Assembly (NCBI GenBank): GCA_035500095.1
Contig: DATJXN010000012.1
Location: forward strand, 1,947 to 65,946
Origin: Candidatus Binataceae bacterium
GTDB lineage: Bacteria > Desulfobacterota > Binatia > Binatales > Binataceae
Direction of reading: 5' to 3'
Length of the DNA stretch: 64,000 nucleotides
Part shown: in pieces, positions 57,073 through 64,000 of the stretch
Position numbering within the stretch: position 1 is the first letter of the stretch
How the letters are laid out: each line of letters begins with the position of its first letter
Made by a program: the position numbers and the translations under genes
Notes under the pieces: model-generated
Told to the model about the DNA's origin: nothing
The model's database searches: none
The model's input: only the letters and a program-made list of their open reading frames with translations

Positions 57073-57612
57073 TCAGGAACGCTTCGCCGGCGATGCGGCG
57101 AGGCCCTGAGCAAGCAGGTCGAGCGCGGCGGCGGCAAACGCGCGCATGTTGGCGACGCGGTCGCTGCTGCCCGTTTCGACCGTGATCGCACGCTCGAGCG
57201 GCCCGGCGATCGCGATACAGCTATGGCCCGCCGGATCGCCGTAGCGATTTCCGGTGGGGCCGGCGGCGCCGACCTCGGCCACGCTCCAGGTGGTCGCGAA
57301 GCGCTTTAGCGTCCCGCGCACCAGCACCAGCGCCAATTGTTCGGTCACGCCGCGGATGCCGGCGAAAGCCGAATCCGGAATATCGAGCAGCGTGCGGCGC
57401 GACTCGCGCGTGTACACGATCGCGCCGCCGAGAAAATAGGCCGACGCGCCCGGCGCCGCGAGCAGCGCCGCCGAGATCAATCCGCCAGTCGAGGATTCGG
57501 CGATTGCGATCGTTTCACCGCGCTCCCTAAGCAGGGCGCCCAGCCTGGTGGCCGTCGGCAGCAGATTTTCCATCGAGGTCGTTACCGTTCCTTCCCGTTC
57601 CTTCGCGCTCAT
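57073..57612 (-). CDS. CinA-family (PncC-like nicotinamide-nucleotide amidohydrolase domain) protein
   Basis: ETIAIAESSTGGLISAALLAAPGASAYFLGGAIVY. The start is ambiguous (ATG 57612 or ATG 57573). Confidence 0.8.
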   Translation of the reverse strand: MSAKEREGTVTTSMENLLPTATRLGALLRERGETIAIAESSTGGLISAALLAAPGASAYFLGGAIVYTRESRRTLLDIPDSAFAGIRGVTEQLALVLVRGTLKRFATTWSVAEVGAAGPTGNRYGDPAGHSCIAIAGPLERAITVETGSSDRVANMRAFAAAALDLLAQGLAASPAKRS

Positions 57613-57679
57613 CGATATTGCGGCAGCATAGTGGTTGACCCCGCCAAAAGGCCAGCCGCATCGCGCGCGTGCGGCGGCC

Positions 57680-57967
57680 CTACTTCAGTTCGATCTCGAT
57701 AAACCTGAACTCGAAGACGTTGGGATTTATCACGTCGTGGGCGACCCCGGCCTCGCGTGCGTAGGGAGCGCCGGTCTCAAGCTCGGCATCGCTCGCGGCC
57801 CCGTCGGGAGCGACGATCCTGAGCTTACCCGTGCTGAGCGGCACCACGACGTAGTCGTGCGCATGAACATGCGGCCCGGTAGCTTCGCCCGGAGCGAAAG
57901 TCCATCGCGTCACGATCACGCGGCGATTTTCGATTAGCCGCTCCGACTTCGCCCGTGGTTCGTTCAT
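57680..57967 (-). CDS. cupin-domain protein
   Basis: 95 aa from ATG 57967 (AAGGAGG RBS). FAPGEATGPHVHAHDYVVVPL is a cupin motif-1-like block. Confidence 0.7.
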   Translation of the reverse strand: MNEPRAKSERLIENRRVIVTRWTFAPGEATGPHVHAHDYVVVPLSTGKLRIVAPDGAASDAELETGAPYAREAGVAHDVINPNVFEFRFIEIELK

Positions 57968-58192
57968 GCCGGCCTCCTTGACCCCTTTCGAATCACCCAT
58001 CTTGCGACCGCTTTAAGAGCGAATCAAAGCCCGGCAAAATAGTACATGGCCCTCGCGCAGGAGGGCGGCGAAAGCGCGCCGGTCGTGGAAATCAGGGCGG
58101 AAACAGGCTAAAGGAGACCACGCGCCGCGCGCGCCCGATGCCGCGGGCGGCCCGAGACCTTGCACACCGGGTCAAAAGATTCCTCAAGCTTC

Positions 58193-59650
58193 GTGAAATA
58201 TGCGGCGCTCGCCTTCGCTGTCGCGGCGCTCTGTCTCTTCGCAGGATGGGCCGCTACGACCGACGCAAGCGGCAATGACACGGCCGGCAAGGTCAAGCCG
58301 CACGCGGTTGTCGCGGGCAAGGGCGCGGCCTACGTTGAAGGCGCGAGCCACGACTATGGCACCGCAGCGGCCAATTACAACGGCCTCGAACGCTATTCGA
58401 CCTGGGAAAATTCCAACGGCAAGGCGGCGACCTACCAGCCCGAGGGCCCTTTCACCGCCGACAATCCGTTTTTCAAGCCGCTTGGAACCAACGGCCGCGC
58501 CTGCGTGACCTGCCACGATCCGAGCTCTGGATGGACGATCACGCCGGCGCGTATCCGCGCGCGTTTCGAGGCGAGCCGCGGCGCTGACCCGCTGTTTCGG
58601 CCGAATGACGGCGCGACTTGTCCCGACGCCGACGCTTCAACGCCGGCAGCGATGAGGAAAGCGTACGGCCTCCTGCTCAACAAAGCGCTTATCCGAATCG
58701 GAATCCCGATTCCGCCGAACGCCGAGTTCTCGGTGCTCAAGGTCGACGATCCGTACCGCTGCACCAAGCTAAGTGGTCCGAAGAGCGGCGTGCTTTCCGT
58801 CTATCGCCGCCCGCTGCAAGCTACCAACCTGCGCTTCGAGGACACTCTGATGTGGGACGGGCGGATGCCCGACCTCGAGCATCAGGCCAACGACGCAGCG
58901 CGCGGGCACGAGCAGGCGGCCGACGGACCGATGCCCGATCAACTTGCGCGGCTGATCGAATTCGAAACCGGCACTTACGACGCGCAAGTCTGGATATCCA
59001 AGGCCGGCTCGCTGCAGGACGGCGGCGTCGGCGGCGGTCCGGTGGCGCTCGCGCGCGAGCCGTTCTTCATCGGCATCAACGATCCCTTCGGCAACAATCC
59101 CGTGAACGTGCAGACCTCGCTGCACGTCTTCAACCTCTACGATCTCTGGCGCGGCGACCCGAATCCCGAACGGGCGCGAATCGCGCGGGGCCAGGCGATT
59201 TTCAACGCCACCCCGATGATCATCGGCGAAGTTCCGGGCCTCGACGATGCCGAGGGACACCCGACTCACGAGGGCTTCTGCACCACCTGTCACGACACGC
59301 CCAACGTCGGCAACCGATCGATCAACATCCTGATGAACATCGGGACGGCCGACGTCTCGCGCCGGACGCCCGACATGCCGCTGTTCACGCTGCGATGCGA
59401 CGCCGGAGCGCTCAAGGGTCAGACCTTCCAGGTGATGGATCCGGGCCAGGCGCTGATTACCGGCAAATGCACCGATATCGCGCGCTTCAAGACCTCGAGC
59501 CTGCGCGGACTCGCCTCGCGCCCACCCTATTTTCACGACGGCCAGGCGGCGACGCTGATGGACGTGGTTAACTTCTACAACGATCGCTTTGAGATCGGAC
59601 TGACGGTGCAAGAAAAAGAAGACCTGGTCGCGTTCCTCGGCGCGCTCTAG
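58193..59650 (+). CDS. di-haem cytochrome c peroxidase-like protein, secreted
   Basis: Two CxxCH motifs (CVTCHD, CTTCHD). GTG 58193 yields the signal-like MKYAALAFAVAALCLFAGWA. The track start at TTG 58160 is also possible. Confidence 0.75.
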   Translation: MKYAALAFAVAALCLFAGWAATTDASGNDTAGKVKPHAVVAGKGAAYVEGASHDYGTAAANYNGLERYSTWENSNGKAATYQPEGPFTADNPFFKPLGTNGRACVTCHDPSSGWTITPARIRARFEASRGADPLFRPNDGATCPDADASTPAAMRKAYGLLLNKALIRIGIPIPPNAEFSVLKVDDPYRCTKLSGPKSGVLSVYRRPLQATNLRFEDTLMWDGRMPDLEHQANDAARGHEQAADGPMPDQLARLIEFETGTYDAQVWISKAGSLQDGGVGGGPVALAREPFFIGINDPFGNNPVNVQTSLHVFNLYDLWRGDPNPERARIARGQAIFNATPMIIGEVPGLDDAEGHPTHEGFCTTCHDTPNVGNRSINILMNIGTADVSRRTPDMPLFTLRCDAGALKGQTFQVMDPGQALITGKCTDIARFKTSSLRGLASRPPYFHDGQAATLMDVVNFYNDRFEIGLTVQEKEDLVAFLGAL

Positions 59651-59704
59651 CCGATTCGCGGTTTCTCAGTCCCGCACAGGCGCAGGGCACGGCCGCCTCG
59701 CGGG

Positions 59705-60097
59705 CTAGTCCTTGAGCATCGCGACGCATTTGATTTCGACCATGAGGCCCGGCATCGCCAGCGCGGTTACGCCGACGCCCGTCCACGCCGGATATTCGCC
59801 GGTGTAGTAGCGATCCTTGACGGTGATGAAAAGCTGCAGGTCGCGCATGTCGGTATGGTAGGTGACCATCTCGACCACGTCGTCGAAAGTCGCGCCGGCC
59901 GCGGTCAGCACCTTCTTGAGGTTCTCGAAGGCCTGGACGAATTGGGCCTCCTTGCCCTCGACCACGTTGAGGTTGGCATCGCGTCCGACCTGCCCGGCGA
60001 TGAAGAGCAGATTGCCGGCCTTTACGCCGGGATTGTAATGAAAGCGCTGCTTGATAACTTCCATCTCTTTGGGAACGACGTTCGAGCGCCTGGTCAT
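59705..60097 (-). CDS. RidA/YjgF-family protein
   Basis: GNLLFIAGQVGRD...FDDVVEMVTYHTDM...VEIKCVA. ATG 60097 with an AAGGAGA RBS. Confidence 0.85.
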   Translation of the reverse strand: MTRRSNVVPKEMEVIKQRFHYNPGVKAGNLLFIAGQVGRDANLNVVEGKEAQFVQAFENLKKVLTAAGATFDDVVEMVTYHTDMRDLQLFITVKDRYYTGEYPAWTGVGVTALAMPGLMVEIKCVAMLKD

Positions 60098-60275
60098 GAT
60101 CGATTCTCCTTCGCGTGCCGGTTCTGTAGCTTTATCGTGCGGCACATTCTAGCGTGAGGGAGCGCGCGCCGCGAAGGCAAACGCGTCGGTCAATGCAGCA
60201 GATAAGCATTGCTGCTGAACGATGGCGCTAACAACTTTCGGCCAAGGACACCCCCGCGCCCGCAGGAGACATGAC

Positions 60276-60569
60276 ATGAGCGTACTCGTACTGGTTCAAG
60301 GCACTCCGCGTGCCGATCGCAAGGATGAACTGGCGCAGTATCAGCAGGCCGCTCGCACCGTAATCGCGAAGCACGGCGGCCAGGTCGTCGCTCGCGGCAA
60401 TGGGCTTGGCAGCCTGCACGGCCGAGGCAACTACCAGGTAGGAATCGTGCTGCGCTTTGCCGATAAGGCCGCGGCCGAGGCCTGGTACAACGACCCCGAC
60501 TATCGCAAGGTGCTGCCGCTTCGCGACCAGGCGTACGCGGAACTTGAAATCAGTATGTTTCAGGAATGA
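60276..60569 (+). CDS. DUF1330-domain protein
   Basis: 97 aa, MSVLVLVQGTPRADRKDELAQYQQAARTVIAKHGGQVVARG...FADKAAAEAWYNDPDYRKVLPLR. AGGAGA RBS. Confidence 0.75.
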   Translation: MSVLVLVQGTPRADRKDELAQYQQAARTVIAKHGGQVVARGNGLGSLHGRGNYQVGIVLRFADKAAAEAWYNDPDYRKVLPLRDQAYAELEISMFQE

Positions 60570-60639
60570 AGCGGCCCTGCGGCGCGCGCGGCGGAAGAGA
60601 ACTCCGCCGCCGCGGGCGCCCGACCCGCTTATCTCGCGA

Positions 60640-62154
60640 TCACATGCCTTTCCAGTCGCCGGATTGTTCAAAAGCCTCGGCGGCGCGATAGATCGTCGGT
60701 TCGTCGAAGTGCCTGCCGGTCAGCATCAGTCCGGCGGGCAGGCCGTCGATCATGCCGCACGGCAGCGACATCGACGGGTGATGCGTGAGATCGAACGGCG
60801 CGGTGTTGGTGATCATTTCGAGCGCCCGCGTCACGTACTCCTCCCTGCTCGCGTCGGCCCCGGGCAGCGGCGTCGCCTTCATCGGCGTGGTCGGCATCAG
60901 CAGCAGGTCATATTTCACCAGCACGGCGTCGTATGCCGCGCGCAGCCGGCGCACGACATTGATCGCCTTGCCGTAGTAGCGCGAGCCGTAATGCTCGCGC
61001 ACGTAGGTCCCGAACATCAGGAACAGCTTGGTGGTTTCCGAAAGCTCGTCGGTGCGCTGGCGCCATCCGCGATGGAAATCCATCATCGAGGTCGCGTACA
61101 GATCGTCGCGGCTCACGCCGAAACCGTCGCCGTACATCATCGTCTGCGTCAGGCCCTCGATTCCGATCGGCGTCCAGATCGCGCCGCCCGCCAGATGCAT
61201 TGGGATCGAAACTTCCTCGACCCGCGCGCCGAGCGAAGCGAGGCGGTTTGCGGCGGCGCGCACCTTTTCGTCCACGGCGCGCTCGGAAGTGGGATGGCCG
61301 AAACCTTCCTTGACCACCGCGATCTTGAGGTCCTTCGCGCCGCGTCCGAGCGCCTGCGTGTAGGGATGCACCTTGGGCGCCTTGATCCGCGAGTCGTAGC
61401 CGTCGTCGCCCGCGATTACCTCGAGCAGGAGCGCATTGTCGGCGACGCTCGCCGTCATCGGGCCGGTATGGTCGACGAAAATTTCGATCGGCATGATTCC
61501 GGTGTAGGGAACGAGTCCCCACGTCGGCTTCATCCCGTAGATGCCGCAATACGACGACGGCATACGAATCGAGCCACCCTGGTCGCCGCCGATCGCCATG
61601 TCGACTTCCCCCGCCGCGACCAGCGCCGCGCTGCCCGAAGACGAGCCGCCCGCCGAGTAGCCCATCTTGCGCGGATTGTGCACCGCGCCGGTCGCGTTGG
61701 TGTGGCTGCCGCCGGAGAGGCAGAAACACTCGCAGTGCGCCTTGCCGACGATCTCGCCACCGGCGTCGAGGATCCGCGTGACCACAGTGGCGTCGAAGTC
61801 GGGCACGTAACCCTCCATCGTCGCCGCGCCGTTCATCATCGGCACGCCCGCCAGCATTACGTTGTCCTTGAGCGCGACGGTTTTGCCCTTGAGCTTGCCC
61901 TCGGGCGCGCCCTTGACCGACGATTTGAAGTACCAGGCGTTGTACTTGTTCTCCTCGGGGCCCGGCCGATAGCCGGGCGTGCGCGGATACTTCACCCGCG
62001 GCACCTCGTCGGGCATCGCGGCCACGGTGTTGTAGGCGTCGACGTAGGTCGTGAACAGCGCGCGAAACGAATCGACGCTCGCGTCATCGAGTGACAATCC
62101 GCACTGTCGCGCCACCGCGCGCAACTGCTCCCGGGTCGGCAATTGAACGGACAT
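60640..62154 (-). CDS. amidase (amidase-signature family)
   Basis: VALKDNVMLAGVPMMNGA and GGSSSGSAALVAAGEVDMAIGGDQGGSIRMPSSYCGIYGMKPTWG. AAGGAGGA RBS. Confidence 0.9.
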   Translation of the reverse strand: MSVQLPTREQLRAVARQCGLSLDDASVDSFRALFTTYVDAYNTVAAMPDEVPRVKYPRTPGYRPGPEENKYNAWYFKSSVKGAPEGKLKGKTVALKDNVMLAGVPMMNGAATMEGYVPDFDATVVTRILDAGGEIVGKAHCECFCLSGGSHTNATGAVHNPRKMGYSAGGSSSGSAALVAAGEVDMAIGGDQGGSIRMPSSYCGIYGMKPTWGLVPYTGIMPIEIFVDHTGPMTASVADNALLLEVIAGDDGYDSRIKAPKVHPYTQALGRGAKDLKIAVVKEGFGHPTSERAVDEKVRAAANRLASLGARVEEVSIPMHLAGGAIWTPIGIEGLTQTMMYGDGFGVSRDDLYATSMMDFHRGWRQRTDELSETTKLFLMFGTYVREHYGSRYYGKAINVVRRLRAAYDAVLVKYDLLLMPTTPMKATPLPGADASREEYVTRALEMITNTAPFDLTHHPSMSLPCGMIDGLPAGLMLTGRHFDEPTIYRAAEAFEQSGDWKGM

Positions 62155-62227
62155 GCGATCTCCTCCTTGTGCGGATTGAACCGCGCCGGTTAAAGTTTTG
62201 TCCCGGCCGGCGCGACCGGCGCGGAAC

Positions 62228-63322
62228 CTAGAAGAACTTGATCACGCTGCGCAGCACCTCGCCCTTGCGCAGCAGATCGTAGGCCTCGTTCACACCTTCG
62301 AGCGGGAAGGTGCGCGAGACCAGCTCGTCGATTTTGATCTTCTTGTCCATGTAGAGATCAATCAGGAGCGGCATGTCGACGCGCGGGCGGGTCGAGCCGT
62401 AAAATGAACCGACCAGCCGCTTCTCCATCATCGTGAAGACGTTGGGGTTGAGCGTGATGCGCGCGGTCTCGGGCGAGACGCCGACGATGGTGCAGGTGCC
62501 GCCGCGCCCGGTCATGCGGAACGCAAGCTCGATCGTCTTGGCCGTGCTGATGACCTCGAAGGCGTAGTCCACGCCGCGGCCGTGAGTCAGCTCCATCACC
62601 GCCTTGTAGGCGTCGTCCTGCGAGGGATTGACGGCATGCGTCGCGCCGAACACTTTCGCCAGTTCGAGCTTGTTGGGCAGGAGATCGATCGCAATGATGT
62701 CGTGCGCGCCGGCCAGCGCCGCGCCCTGGATCACGTTGAGGCCCACGCCGCCGCATCCGATCACCGCGACGGTCGCGCCCGGCCGGACCTTGGCCGTGTT
62801 GATCGCCGCGCCGATCCCGGTCATCGTGCCGCAGCCGACAAAGCAGGCGCGATCGAGCGGTACGTCGTCGCGAATCTTGATCGCGCAGCTCTCCGGCATC
62901 ACCGCCTCCTCGGCGAAGGTCGAGGCGTACGCGAAGTGAAAAATCTGCGTGCCGTTTTTGCTGAGGCGAGTGGTGCCGTCGAGCAGCGTGCCGAGTCCCT
63001 TCGGCCGCGTCTCGCAGAGATTCACCTGTCCCAGCGTGCAGTAGCGGCAGTGGCCGCATACGGGCGAGAAGGTCAGCACCACATGGTCGCCCTCTTTGAC
63101 CGAGGTGACGCCCGGGCCGACCTCGACGACGATTCCGGCTCCTTCATGGCCCAGCACCACGGGAAGCGGCATCCGCATATCGCCGGTCATGACGTGAAGG
63201 TCGCTGTGGCACGCGCCGTTGGCGGCGACCTTTACCCGCACCTCTCCGGCCTTCGGCGGAGCGAGCTTGAGGTCTTCGATAACCAGGGGTTTCTGAGGTT
63301 CATACAATACTGCGGCCTTCAT
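62228..63322 (-). CDS. zinc-dependent alcohol dehydrogenase (MDR family)
   Basis: GACHSDLH, GHEGAGIVVEVG, structural-zinc CGHCRYC, GCGGVGL. GGAGGA RBS. Confidence 0.92.
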   Translation of the reverse strand: MKAAVLYEPQKPLVIEDLKLAPPKAGEVRVKVAANGACHSDLHVMTGDMRMPLPVVLGHEGAGIVVEVGPGVTSVKEGDHVVLTFSPVCGHCRYCTLGQVNLCETRPKGLGTLLDGTTRLSKNGTQIFHFAYASTFAEEAVMPESCAIKIRDDVPLDRACFVGCGTMTGIGAAINTAKVRPGATVAVIGCGGVGLNVIQGAALAGAHDIIAIDLLPNKLELAKVFGATHAVNPSQDDAYKAVMELTHGRGVDYAFEVISTAKTIELAFRMTGRGGTCTIVGVSPETARITLNPNVFTMMEKRLVGSFYGSTRPRVDMPLLIDLYMDKKIKIDELVSRTFPLEGVNEAYDLLRKGEVLRSVIKFF

Positions 63323-63607
63323 CGGCGCTTTCCTCCACGGCTGACGATAATCGGTACAGGGATTGACGTGCGTAACTTAGAAGGCGGGGCGCGCAGGTGT
63401 CAAATCGAGCGGTTTTCGCGGTCAGAGCTGGCGGGTCAGTCCGTCGTGGCGCTGTATTTGGTGGGACTTCCTGGGGATAGCCGTGCCATTTAAGTAAGAG
63501 CGCACCAGACCCTGCGTTATTGCAGACTTGCAACACGCGTATCCGAGACGGACGCGTGCGGCAGCCAAAATTCCAAACCCTGCTTGGATTTTCGATCCCG
63601 AAACCGC

Positions 63608-63623
63608 TGGCACGTTAAGTGCT
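63608..63623 (+). promoter_or_regulatory. sigma-54-like -24/-12 element
   Basis: TGGCACGTTAAGTGCT. GG and GC have correct spacing, and the -12 region is GTGCT rather than TTGCW. It lies in a roughly 400-bp lower-GC non-coding spacer, about 100 nt upstream of ORF 63720. Confidence 0.4.
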
Positions 63624-63719
63624 CTGACATTCCTACGCTTGCTATAGCGATGGCTGCCCATCGTCCAATCAAATGAAAGCCTACGACTTTTTAACCTCCG
63701 ATCTTCCCCGGCGTCGCGA

Positions 63720-63974
63720 ATGCCCTTCGACATTCGCGACGCCGGGGTGCCCGCCTCTTTCAAGGACGAGATGAACCAGTCGGCCACCGCCGTTCGCAAC
63801 GTCCTGCTGACGATCGACCGCCAGCCGCTCTTCCCCCGCCGCGCACGGCAGAAATGCCGCTCGTGCGGTCATCAATCGATCGAGCACATCGGCTTCCCCG
63901 ACGCCGCGGTCGCCGAGCAGCTAAGCCTGATCCACGGCGGCTGTCTCGACTGCGAATCCTGCGCCGACGAATAG
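63720..63974 (+). CDS. hypothetical small Cys-rich protein (84 aa)
   Basis: Strongly GC3-biased frame consistent with the local coding pattern. Two Cys pairs, CRSCGH and CLDCESC (zinc-ribbon-like). No visible SD and no recognised family. Confidence 0.4.
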   Translation: MPFDIRDAGVPASFKDEMNQSATAVRNVLLTIDRQPLFPRRARQKCRSCGHQSIEHIGFPDAAVAEQLSLIHGGCLDCESCADE

Positions 63975-64000
63975 CCTCCGGCTCTGCCAGTCACCGCACC

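Noticed and set aside
60588-60610. Hairpin GCGGCGG-N9-CCGCCGC between DUF1330 and the amidase as a terminator
   Set aside because: It has the same stem as the good terminator at 37.5 kb, but there is no T-tract on either strand. It may still be an I-shaped terminator, but I cannot support that.
63422-63799. 125-aa minus-strand ORF and other short ORFs in the 63.3-63.7 kb spacer
   Set aside because: Low GC3 and odd composition compared with real genes here, no RBS, and overlap with the better-supported plus-strand ORF 63720.

Overview
High-GC (mostly mid-60s % by eye) bacterial chromosomal segment, densely coding. All calls come from reading the translated ORFs and the DNA, because no searches could be run. 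It is dominated by redox, lipid and xenobiotic catabolic genes: two acyl-CoA dehydrogenases, two amidases, a P450-ferredoxin module, an HpaB-type monooxygenase, a family III CoA-transferase, tandem esterases, and a single-chain biotin carboxylase. Housekeeping genes are xthA, metH, gmd and mgtA.

Five regions stand out:
1. 14.4-22.9 kb: a re-ordered nuo cluster encoding only the peripheral arm of complex I (B, G, I, C, D, fused E-F). An MFS membrane protein gene sits inside it, an unknown ORF is coupled to its end by an ATGA overlap, and no membrane-arm genes are in the window.
2. 48.2-52.3 kb: a visibly more AT-rich patch holding a sigma-54 enhancer-binding protein gene and two near-consensus -24/-12 promoters. 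One promoter has a helically phased GTAGC repeat and palindrome array upstream. It precedes a minimal TadE-like / unknown / TadG-like cluster whose first gene carries a frameshift and an in-frame amber codon.
3. 8.8-11.5 kb: a perfect 7-1-7 Fur-family box overlaps a promoter in front of a rubrerythrin / CCG-domain Fe-S protein / DUF3501 triad.
4. 11.8-12.7 kb: a decayed, chimeric glycosyltransferase pseudogene with a frameshift in a G8 tract.
5. 38.5-42.0 kb: a roughly 1150-aa BC-BCCP-CT single-chain acyl-CoA carboxylase.

I saw no rRNA, tRNA, CRISPR array, transposase or integrase. Many long ORFs in the track are antisense shadows typical of high-GC DNA and were rejected.
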